Sequence record: NZ_CP033968.1
DNA length: 64,000 bases
Direction: 5' to 3' (one strand)
Source: a plasmid
Position 1 is the first letter of the stretch. Every line of letters begins with the position of its first letter. The notes under the pieces were generated by a model. That model searched no databases, was not told where the DNA came from, and saw only the letters and a list, made by a program, of their open reading frames with translations. Shown here one piece after another: positions 10,083 through 17,893 of this stretch. A program made the position numbers and the translations under genes.

Positions 10083-10253
10083 TCAAGCCGTGTTGGAGGG
10101 CTGGTCGACGCAGAGCTCCTCGAAAGCCGGGCAGCTTTCAACTTCATCTACGTCTTCGGTTGGCCAGTTCTTCGAGCACTGGCTCAACTCTCCAGGCCTG
10201 TACGTGCAGTGCGCGCAGGTCGCGCACAGATCATCATCGGAAATTGAGCGCAT
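10083..10253 (-). CDS. small Cys-rich protein (56 aa), absent from the ORF track
   Basis: Hand translation gives MRSISDDDLCATCAHCTYRPGELSQCSKNWPTEDVDEVESCPAFEELCVDQPSNTA. AAGGAG lies 9 nt upstream, and the cassette hairpin lies 3' of the gene. Confidence 0.45.
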   Translation of the reverse strand: MRSISDDDLCATCAHCTYRPGELSQCSKNWPTEDVDEVESCPAFEELCVDQPSNTA

Positions 10254-10285
10254 TTTTCTCGTCTCCTTGCGTGGTGTTCCGTGGT

Positions 10286-10510
10286 TCAGTGGCCGCCGAG
10301 TAGCGCGGGTTGTGGTTCGGCAGTGAGGCTAGCCTTGTATTGACGGGCAAGCTTGAGGCTGTACGACGCGTTCGCCCGTGTTCTGTCCGCCAGCCAGGTT
10401 CCGGCCAGTTGGCCGCGCGCCCGGTGGATGCGAGCCCAGCGGGCGAGATATCGAGCGTCACGTACGAGCCACTCAATAGCCTCGCGGATTTCAGCCTGAG
10501 TCATGGTCAT
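10286..10510 (-). CDS. hypothetical protein (74 aa)
   Basis: An ORF whose start overlaps the stop of the upstream gene. Confidence 0.45.
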   Translation of the reverse strand: MTMTQAEIREAIEWLVRDARYLARWARIHRARGQLAGTWLADRTRANASYSLKLARQYKASLTAEPQPALLGGH

Positions 10511-10731
10511 CCCCTTGCCTGGTGACCCGGCTCAGACTTGCCCAGGTTGATGAGCGCCGCGCGAAGCTCGTTGTGGTCCATGCGGTTGATAGCTACTTGT
10601 GCCTCGATCTTCCGCTCCAGCGGCAAGAGCGCGTGGATGTTCGCCTTCAAAACCTTGCGCGCCGTTTCGCAGAATTTGATGGCGTCCAGGCCTGCTTGGT
10701 TCGGACTGTGTTGGCTGGGGATTTGTGGCAT
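10507..10731 (-). CDS. hypothetical protein (74 aa)
   Basis: Its start sits inside copy 2 of the cassette, with the same RBS as the gene at 9415..9954. Confidence 0.5.
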   Translation of the reverse strand: MPQIPSQHSPNQAGLDAIKFCETARKVLKANIHALLPLERKIEAQVAINRMDHNELRAALINLGKSEPGHQARG

Positions 10732-10838
10732 GGATCTCTCCTCTTGAAGGTTTATCTTGCAAGAGGCAATGAGACACAGGCGGGACTAAGCGTAGACGGG
10801 AAGGGAAGAAAAACCCCTCACTGGCTGGCCAGGAGGGG
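10729..10838 (-). repeat. copy 2 of the ~110-bp terminator-promoter-RBS cassette
   Basis: See copy 1 at 9952..10059. Confidence 0.6.
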
Positions 10839-10845
10839 GTGGAGG

Positions 10846-11235
10846 CTAGTTGGCAGGTACGATCCGGAGCGTGAAGGTATCCGGAAGCTTTCGCCCGAGG
10901 ATGACGGAGGCGCACTGTCGGAATCGCTCCGACCAGGCTCCGGTTGTTCGGCGCCCGCTAGGTGCGCAGATCTTCCAGGCAGTTTCAATCTGGTCGTGCT
11001 GATCCTGAGTGACTTCGATGATCGAAGCGATTTCCTTCTCAATCCACGCGTCCGCAACTTCCACAGCGCGGCAGCGCGATGATTCGGTTCCCGCCGCGAC
11101 CCAGTCGCCGCCGATTTCGCCTAGGACTTCAAACGTGCCAAGGATTCTGTTGGACGGTACGGCATGGATTACGCGAACGACGATTTCGCCCTCGACGCGC
11201 GAATACACTTCAGTTCGCTCTACTTGGTTCGGCAT
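10846..11235 (-). CDS. hypothetical protein (129 aa)
   Basis: GGGAG lies 7 nt upstream. Confidence 0.5.
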   Translation of the reverse strand: MPNQVERTEVYSRVEGEIVVRVIHAVPSNRILGTFEVLGEIGGDWVAAGTESSRCRAVEVADAWIEKEIASIIEVTQDQHDQIETAWKICAPSGRRTTGAWSERFRQCASVILGRKLPDTFTLRIVPAN

Positions 11236-11350
11236 CAGTTACTCCCTACGGGTTGGTTTGCAGAGGAGTAATGCGGCGCATGTGGGAATAACCGCGGTGC
11301 CGTAGTCGCGGGCAGGGGCACGCTGATGTGCAGGTGCCCGCAGGGCGGAC

Positions 11351-11620
11351 CTATCCATTGCTTCCACTGAACGGATTGGGTGCAACTCCCGGGGGTGCCA
11401 CGGCAACTTGATCTGGCAACGGCCCGGCCTCGAGCGAAGCGACAATCAGGTCGAGGTTTGCTTTCAATGCCTTTGCCATGCTGAGGCCCGCTTTGTCCCT
11501 TGTCAGGTCTAAGCTTCCATAGATGGATACGCGATCAAGGCGGTTCTCGATGGTCATCTCGCCGATGGCTACGACCTCGGACTCGTTTGCAAACGGGCTG
11601 AGCGTTTGTGAGGTGGACAT
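11351..11620 (-). CDS. hypothetical protein (89 aa)
   Basis: The internal start MSTSQTLSPF has an AAAGGA 7 nt upstream and abuts the upstream gene stop. Confidence 0.45.
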   Translation of the reverse strand: MSTSQTLSPFANESEVVAIGEMTIENRLDRVSIYGSLDLTRDKAGLSMAKALKANLDLIVASLEAGPLPDQVAVAPPGVAPNPFSGSNG

Positions 11621-11621
11621 C

Positions 11622-12221
11622 TCAGATCCTTTGTTCGGCCTTGCCGAGCTTTGGGGCGATCGCCTTTGCCTTGGCGACAACGTTGGTCCCGGGAATGAAG
11701 TCGTGCAGGAACTGGCCGTTTGCACTCATCAGGGGGATGAGAAGCAGCAGGCCAGCCACTGCAGCGAGGAAAGCCGGCGAAGCGATGAAGAGGAGGCAAG
11801 TCAGGGTAACCACCTTCATCGCACTTCGCAGCAGAATTTCCCCAAAGCGCAGCTTTCGGTCGGCCGCGCTGCGCGTGGCCAGTCGGAACAGCCACTTGCC
11901 GGGAGTTCCTTCCATCCGCAGCTTGGCAAACATTGATTCGTAGGCCCACCAGATGGCGGGGAGGCCGGCCATCACGTATGGCGCGATACCTCGCGCGATC
12001 GCTTCGTACCAGGCAAAAGTCAGGTGGTCAGCAGGCACACCCGCAAAGATCACCTGCAGCTGCTCGGCTGACGGCATATCCATCATCATCGCCGCTATCC
12101 ACGCTGCACCGATGGTTGCTGCGGCCACTACCGCTGCGAGGATACATGCATCTACGGCATTTGCGCCCAGCCGCCTACTGATGAGCAGGACCCTTGGCAG
12201 GACGTTTCGTTTCGTGATCAT
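11622..12221 (-). CDS. RDD-family membrane protein
   Basis: It has multiple TM segments, and the motif EGTPGKWLFRLATRSAADRKLRFGEILLRSAMK resembles the RDD family core. AGGAA lies 8 nt upstream. Confidence 0.55.
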   Translation of the reverse strand: MITKRNVLPRVLLISRRLGANAVDACILAAVVAAATIGAAWIAAMMMDMPSAEQLQVIFAGVPADHLTFAWYEAIARGIAPYVMAGLPAIWWAYESMFAKLRMEGTPGKWLFRLATRSAADRKLRFGEILLRSAMKVVTLTCLLFIASPAFLAAVAGLLLLIPLMSANGQFLHDFIPGTNVVAKAKAIAPKLGKAEQRI

Positions 12222-13075
12222 TGGGAATTTCCTATCGCGTGAGTAGTTGTGCTGCCCGGGAAAAGGTCTTTCAGGACCCGCTCGGCAGATTTTTCGATCC
12301 CCCGATCCGATCTGCCGCGGAGTTCGGGGCGGGGGAGGGGGAGCTTCGATGCCTTGGCTTCTGCCGGCAAACTTGGGAAGAAGACCAAGCCGGCCATCGC
12401 TTCAAGCTCAGGGAGTGAGACGACCTCGTAGGCTGTCCCGGGTTCGTTGTTGACAACGTAGGCCGCTCCCTTCTGTGCGGCTGGGTCGAAGACGACCTTG
12501 AAAATTCGGTCCGGGACCAGGACGCGCCCATTGAGCTGTTTGACCTTGGCGCCGGTGAAGAGTGGGCCGGTGATGACATAGAGCGAGCCGCGACGCTCGA
12601 CAAGGTTGCGGACAGCCATCTCGATTCCGGCAAAAAGGTGGCGGTTGTTGTCCGGGTCCTGAGCGACGATGTTGCTGAGTGTGAAGCTCTCATACCGGGC
12701 CTCGGGAGTGCTCATGTCGCCACTTGGGGCGAGGTGACCTCGGTCTAGCCCCGACCGTGCAAAGTCCGCTAGTTCGGCGCGGTCCTTGGATGGGAGGCGC
12801 GAATCAGGGTGAAACGCGTCCGCCCGCTGCAGCGATCGGGCGGCGCGAATACGCGAAGGCGTGAGATGTTCCGCCGACCAGATAGCCGCACGGCTTAGGG
12901 GCGAATGCATGACGGCGAACTCGGTAAAGCAGAGCTCCGTAGCGCCCTGCGCCAGGCGGGCGTTTGCGACGATAGGAGCCGTGCCCTGGTAGTAGCTTCG
13001 CGCGCAGGCTGGGTCTTGGGCGTACCCCGGGATTGCCAGCACGCACAGCAGGGCGGCGAGCAGGTGCGATTTCAT
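12218..13075 (-). CDS. secreted DNA/RNA non-specific endonuclease (Serratia NucA / EndoG family)
   Basis: MKSHLLAALLCVLAIPGYA is a signal peptide, and DRGHLAPSGD matches the DRGH catalytic motif. I chose the ATG at 13075; the track start is a TTG at 13114. Confidence 0.8.
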   Translation of the reverse strand: MKSHLLAALLCVLAIPGYAQDPACARSYYQGTAPIVANARLAQGATELCFTEFAVMHSPLSRAAIWSAEHLTPSRIRAARSLQRADAFHPDSRLPSKDRAELADFARSGLDRGHLAPSGDMSTPEARYESFTLSNIVAQDPDNNRHLFAGIEMAVRNLVERRGSLYVITGPLFTGAKVKQLNGRVLVPDRIFKVVFDPAAQKGAAYVVNNEPGTAYEVVSLPELEAMAGLVFFPSLPAEAKASKLPLPRPELRGRSDRGIEKSAERVLKDLFPGSTTTHAIGNSQ

Positions 13076-13587
13076 CGTAATCTGGTCCTCTTTGGCGGCT
13101 CGTACACAGTGCAAGGAGAGATCCCCTGGCCAATGCGTGCAGGAATGAAGTTGGCAAGTTGAGATGCGTCATCGACCCAGCCGGCCAATCCTCCGTTCTG
13201 CGCCACGTTCTGAAGGAATGCCCATTGATCGTCGGTGGGCTCCTTTCCCGGGCGCTTCACTTCCACAGCGAAGAATCGACCATCTTTCAGTTGTCCGACG
13301 ATGTCTGAGACGCCAGGGATAGAGAACCGGACAAAGCGCTTCTGATCCCCTTCGCCGTACACAGCCACGCCTGTGTTCATGCGCATGACCCAAGCAACGC
13401 TGGGATGCTGCTCGAGCAGCTCCATGCATGCCAGCAGTACTTTGGTTTCGCGCGGCGACGGCGGATCGGTCGGCTTCGCTCTCGCCGCCCGCTTCGTGGG
13501 CTTCTCCTGGGGAACCACCGGCGTGCTGGTCTTCTGAGCACGACCGAGCAGCGCCTCGTACTCCTTCTCGCTGAGCCGTTTTCCCAT
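13072..13587 (-). CDS. VRR-NUC domain nuclease (PD-(D/E)XK)
   Basis: SDIVGQLKDGRFFAVEVKRPGKEPTDDQWAFL matches the VRR-NUC core. Its stop overlaps the start of the downstream endonuclease (ATGA). Confidence 0.7.
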   Translation of the reverse strand: MGKRLSEKEYEALLGRAQKTSTPVVPQEKPTKRAARAKPTDPPSPRETKVLLACMELLEQHPSVAWVMRMNTGVAVYGEGDQKRFVRFSIPGVSDIVGQLKDGRFFAVEVKRPGKEPTDDQWAFLQNVAQNGGLAGWVDDASQLANFIPARIGQGISPCTVYEPPKRTRLR

Positions 13588-13589
13588 TG

Positions 13590-14180
13590 CTAGCCGAACA
13601 TGTCGCCAAGTTTTTCCAGTGCTTCGAGCGCTACGGGGTCGATGCTCTGGGGGCTCGCCGGCGCCGGATGCGCGGCTGGGACGGTTCCAGGGTTTGCGGC
13701 AACGGCAATGGCAGGGGGCACGATCGTGGCAGGCGTTTCCGCTTCCTCCATACCCTGCGCGAGAAGTGGTTGGATGGGCTCGACCACTGTTTCGCGCAAG
13801 GGTGGTGGTTGCTCCGCCGGCGCCTCTGCTACCGGAGACGGGGTAGCAGGACGGGCAGCCGGCCGGGCTGAAATTGCGCGGGGCTTCAGCACCCTGGCAG
13901 AGCGTCCCTTGGCGCCTCGGCGCACCTGCTTGTCGTGCGGTGCGGATTCGATGAGACCCCCGGGACCAGCCAGTGCCTCCTCAATGGCGTCATCCAATGT
14001 TCCTGCATCCCGGTGCTTGATGAACCACTGATACAGGACGCCCCGGATGAGAGGGGTTTCGGTCCGGTATGGCATTTCTGCGAGGAACTCCAGAGCCCCG
14101 GGGCAGGTTGCCTCCGCGATCACCAGGTTGATGCGCCGCTCCGGTTCGTCTGGGTCGAACACCCGGATGAGCTTAGGCAT
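13590..14180 (-). CDS. hypothetical protein immediately downstream of the parM-like gene; possible ParR-type adaptor
   Basis: The assignment rests on position in a parMR-like arrangement only. There is no motif evidence, and the C-terminal half is Pro/Ala-rich. Confidence 0.45.
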   Translation of the reverse strand: MPKLIRVFDPDEPERRINLVIAEATCPGALEFLAEMPYRTETPLIRGVLYQWFIKHRDAGTLDDAIEEALAGPGGLIESAPHDKQVRRGAKGRSARVLKPRAISARPAARPATPSPVAEAPAEQPPPLRETVVEPIQPLLAQGMEEAETPATIVPPAIAVAANPGTVPAAHPAPASPQSIDPVALEALEKLGDMFG

Positions 14181-15201
14181 CTACGGTTTCCTGTTGGCTC
14201 TGCCGCTTCATCGCTTGGCGCAGCGCCACGCCCATGCCGTAACGGCCGAAGCCATTGGCTACTGACATGCGGGGGTTGTCAAGGAGAATGCAGTGCGACC
14301 ACTTCTTCTTGATTTCCTCATAGAGCAGCGGGGCGCCACCGCCGGCCAGGATCACGCCGTGCAACTTCCGCACGTCCATGGACAGCAAGGAGTCGGCCTT
14401 GGCGTTGATCTTCTGGGCAACGTGCGAGACCGCCTTTGCAACTTCTTCGGAGATGTCGATTTCTTGACCAAACTGCAAAATCGATTTGGTCCGGATCGCG
14501 GTTTCGCACTCGATGAGATTCGAGTGAATCCCGCGGCCATCGAGAATGCGTACCAGATGCTCCGCGGCGAAATTCAGCCCTTCGCATGTGCCGGCGCCGC
14601 GTTCAACGTACTGCCCTTCGAGCATCAGCAGAAAGTCGGTCGTGAAGTGGCCGACTTCGATGACAGCCCAACTCTTCGTCCGCCCGGATGCGTCAGTGAT
14701 ATGACTCCGGATCGGGAGCCCCTTTTCGTCGAGGTAGAAGTCGCAATACGCGCCCATCGGTTGGGGCAGGACCCGCATCTCGGCCTTAACGACACGTTCC
14801 GTGACCTCTTTGAGCCGAGCTTGCTGGGAAGAGAACAAGTTCGCTGGGGTACCGATCACCAGAAGCGGCTTGTCGAGGCCCGGAACCCCCATGGCTTCAA
14901 AGCGCTTCATGGTCGAGGCGACCAACACCTGGTACTCGGGGGTGTTGATCCAGTCGTTCGACAGGCCGGCATTGGCGCCGGGGCTGCCCTGCAACCGAGC
15001 AGTGTCGCCCGTGAAGAACTGCTTTCCCTCGATTTCGACGGTTTCGATGGCGGCTCGTCGAGCGGTCGTCTCGTCGGAGATCCCGATGGCGGGCGAGACG
15101 ATGGAGGGGAAGGTGAGGGGGTAGGACTCGCCTTGGGCAAAGGCGACGGCCTTGACGGCGCTACGGCCCACGTCGAGGCCAATGATGGTTTGGGTCAGCA
15201 T
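14173..15201 (-). CDS. parM: actin-like segregation ATPase (ParM/StbA family)
   Basis: The N-terminus IIGLDVGRSAVKAV is the phosphate-1 motif of actin-fold ATPases, and the protein is of ParM size. I chose the internal start MLTQTIIGLDVG; the track ORF extends to 15345. Confidence 0.75.
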   Translation of the reverse strand: MLTQTIIGLDVGRSAVKAVAFAQGESYPLTFPSIVSPAIGISDETTARRAAIETVEIEGKQFFTGDTARLQGSPGANAGLSNDWINTPEYQVLVASTMKRFEAMGVPGLDKPLLVIGTPANLFSSQQARLKEVTERVVKAEMRVLPQPMGAYCDFYLDEKGLPIRSHITDASGRTKSWAVIEVGHFTTDFLLMLEGQYVERGAGTCEGLNFAAEHLVRILDGRGIHSNLIECETAIRTKSILQFGQEIDISEEVAKAVSHVAQKINAKADSLLSMDVRKLHGVILAGGGAPLLYEEIKKKWSHCILLDNPRMSVANGFGRYGMGVALRQAMKRQSQQETVDA

Positions 15202-15436
15202 GAAATTCTCACAGTGCAGAGTCGAAAAGGCCCCGCAACCGGGGCCGGCCACCGATGCGCAATCCGCTGTGCGCAATGTGTACTGCTCATTGTTCACTGC
15301 AGATACCGCACCTGTTACGCGTCCGCATTTTAGAATACATAACACGTATTGACAAGACGACTGTAGCGAACGGAGAATTGCCCCCCCGGGGTTGTTTACG
15401 CAATGTGATAAGCAACCCCCAAAGGACGCTTAATAC
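15202..15436. promoter_or_regulatory. divergent control region upstream of parM; candidate centromere/promoter
   Basis: It contains direct repeats of GCGCAATGTG/ACGCAATGTGA, two G/C hairpins, and the AACACGTATTGACAAG motif. Confidence 0.35.
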
Positions 15437-15961
15437 ATGGTGCGTAACCAACCCCCCGAGATCGACGATTTTGCAGTTGCCCTGACCGCGGCCCGAAAGG
15501 CGGTCGAGGAGACGGAAAACCTTATCCGAATCATTGATTCAACCCTCGAACGTATTGATTCCCTGATGTACGTGATGCAGCCGTTTCAGTCCGGCCGAAT
15601 TGGCATAAAGCGGGTGTTCAGTAACGGGAGATTGCGCTGGCAAGTGCGAATCTTTCGGCAGCTCCGTAGCCGCAAGTGGGTCTCCTCGTTTGCGAGCCAC
15701 AAGGGGTTGCGGCGCCGCGTGAAGCGTTCCCGGGAGTGGGAGGCAAACTACAAGTTCCTGCAGTTGCTCTGCGATCGAGTCACCCTGCTGTTTGAGTTGC
15801 GGTCGCAAGCGGTGGACCGGCTCTGGCGTTTCTCGCATGGATCGACCCGTTCCACCAGGGCCCGAGAGGCTGCGATAAGCGACACGGTCGCCCTAGTGGA
15901 CGGGCTGCTGGAGCGGATCGAGGCACGGTTCGAAGGCGATATGGAACTTGAGGACGAATAG
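15437..15961 (+). CDS. hypothetical protein (174 aa)
   Basis: AAAGGA lies upstream of the ATG. The ORF is clean, ends in an acidic tail, and has no recognised motif. Confidence 0.5.
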   Translation: MVRNQPPEIDDFAVALTAARKAVEETENLIRIIDSTLERIDSLMYVMQPFQSGRIGIKRVFSNGRLRWQVRIFRQLRSRKWVSSFASHKGLRRRVKRSREWEANYKFLQLLCDRVTLLFELRSQAVDRLWRFSHGSTRSTRAREAAISDTVALVDGLLERIEARFEGDMELEDE

Positions 15962-17522
15962 GCTAAGCGGGATCAATGCCGACCAAGGCCCTGGTGCAGA
16001 GACTGTGCCGGGGCTTTTTCTTTATGGGTAGCGAGTGTCTCGGCCGGGCCGGATATTGGGCGAAGATTGGATTGAGGCGGACGTAGAGGAGATAGCTGCC
16101 AGGCGGAGGTCCTGTGGGGAGTCGGGATTTCTGCCACGCGGGGTATTGGGCGGAGGGAGTCCTGGGCTCTGTGCGATGGGAGACGGGACTGGCTCTGGCG
16201 GGATCTCGGGTTTGGCCTGTTCTGCGGCTTTGCGTAGTGCGCTGTTCTGCGGGCGGGTGGATGGGCTGGTTGTCTCACTCTGCCGACCGGTGGTCGTTCT
16301 CTCGCCTGCGCGGGTGTCCGCCTTGTTCCCTTGTTCTCTCTCTGTCCGATTGGGCGGCCGGTGGTCCTGTGCTTGTTGCGGTGGGGCGGGGAGGTAGCCG
16401 GCGATGGCTTGGTGCGGAGTGAGCTTGGGCGCGGAGTGAGAACTTCGGTTGGCGGTGGCTTGGGTTTGGTGTCCCTCGGCGGCCCGTGGTCCGCCGGAGG
16501 CTTTGGTGTCGCCGGCGCATCAGCGCGGGCCCCGTGAGGGGCTATGGTTCTGCCGACGGGATAACTATTTGTCCTGCCGGGGCTCGTTCTGGTGGTGTGC
16601 GGGCTGGGCTTGTGCGCCCTCCTGCGTCGGGGTTGTTGCGCCGCCGTGAGCATAACCATTTGTCCTCTTCCTTCCTTGTGTCGCCGCGGGATCTCGCTCC
16701 CTGTTCTTCCTGAGAGCCGGGTGCGCTGCTGCTGTCCTGCTGCCGGGGCGGGATTGGGCTGCTCCTTCTTGCCCGGTCATCTCTCACCGGAACTGTGGAT
16801 GGGATCGAATGGATCTAATGGATGAAGGGGAGGGGCGGCCGGTGTCGTTCTGCCGATGGCGTGTCGGGGAGCCGGGTGGATCTGTCGGCGGGGCGGAGGT
16901 CTTGGGCTGGGGTGGTTGTTCTGCTGGCGTGGGAATGGTGCTGGTGGTGGATGGTTGTGGCGCTGGGTGGCTGGTTCTGTCGGCGGGGGATCGGGTGGAG
17001 CGGCGTTGTGCTGGCGGGAGACTGATGGTGTTGGTTCTGAGAGTGGCGGCGGTGCGGTGGTGGTGTCAGGCGGAGTGAGAAGTTTCGCTGGCGATGGTGC
17101 GAGAGAAGTCGGGTATGAGCTCGGATCGAGTGGGGCTGGTGTATCGGCAGGCGATGGCGTGGGTGAAGTCGGGTATGGGCGGGGCGGGGGCGGGAGATTG
17201 GCTGGCGATGGCGTGTTGCGGTGTGGTTGTTGGGCAGGCGGTTGTTTTGGCCGTGTGGGGGAGGGCTGGCGTACCTGGTGCCGTAGCCGCCGGCGCCGTG
17301 GGGGCGACGCCCGGCGAAGCCGGGCTGGGGTGTTGCCCCGGGGTAAATGTTTGGCCGGAGGGCTTCTCTTGGGCGCTCCCCTGTGGGTAAATGGTTGCCC
17401 CTGCTACCGGGTTCTATGACCGGCGTCGGTGAGTAAATGCTTGGCCGTTGCTGTTTCGCTGGTCTGGGTGCGGTGTATGTTGGTGTTGCTCTACCCATGC
17501 GTAACACGTATGCATAATTTGC
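15962..17522 (+). repeat. ~1.5 kb non-coding GT-skewed repeat-rich tract
   Basis: The top strand is roughly 50% G, 30% T, 13% C and 5% A. Imperfect direct repeats include GCGATGG(C/T)G at least 5 times, gttctg(c/t)(c/g)g at least 6 times, ATAAC(T/C)ATTTGTCCT twice and GTAAATGNTTG(G)CC four times. Only low-complexity P/R/H- or G/W-rich ORFs occur in any frame. Confidence 0.55.
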
Positions 17523-17551
17523 TTGATTGATCTAAGTACTGTGCGTATGAT
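17523..17551 (+). promoter_or_regulatory. sigma70-like promoter for the membrane/helicase operon
   Basis: TTGATT and TATGAT are separated by 17 bp, just after the AACACGTAT motif. Confidence 0.45.
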
Positions 17552-17588
17552 GGGTATAAATGGTTGGCCACATATGAAGGGGTATGAG

Positions 17589-17858
17589 ATGCGTACGAAG
17601 GTGAAGGTTGGTCTGATGATTGGAGGTGTCGTGCTGGTAGCAGCGGCGATCGTGCTGGCGCCCGTGCTGCGCGACCTGCCTTGGCTGAAGTGGACCCTGT
17701 ACGTGTGCGCTGCACTGATGCTGTCCCCGCTGTTCATGGGCGGTCTCGTGGACGTGCCCGCCACCACCCCGGAAGATCCGACCTTCGAAAAGAATCGCAT
17801 CGGCGATGCAAGGCAGGACGTCTGGGGGTTCAACGGCCAAGACAGCAACAACGACTAA
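17589..17858 (+). CDS. small membrane protein (89 aa)
   Basis: GAAGGGG lies 8 nt upstream. The N-terminus MRTKVKVGLMIGGVVLVAAAIVLA is followed by a second hydrophobic segment. Confidence 0.5.
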   Translation: MRTKVKVGLMIGGVVLVAAAIVLAPVLRDLPWLKWTLYVCAALMLSPLFMGGLVDVPATTPEDPTFEKNRIGDARQDVWGFNGQDSNND

Positions 17859-17893
17859 GCGCGGCGAAACTGGAAAGGATGAAAGGGGTCGAG

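Noticed and set aside
15973-17507. Long ORFs over the GT-rich tract: 15973..16659 (-), 16815..17507 (-) and 16856..17419 (+), with P/R/H/T-rich or G/W/R-rich products
   Set aside because: Their composition is extreme and low-complexity, and they overlap one another in several frames. No frame has an RBS. They are explained by the strand compositional skew of a non-coding repeat region.
15962-17522. A CRISPR array in the repeat-rich tract
   Set aside because: The repeats are imperfect, of varied length, and irregularly spaced at 44-116 bp. There is no constant repeat/spacer periodicity and no cas genes.
17681-17893. The 5' extension of the helicase ORF starting at 17681
   Set aside because: It overlaps the small membrane-protein gene in another frame and has Arg-rich junk composition. 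The ATG at 17894 has a proper RBS immediately after the upstream stop.
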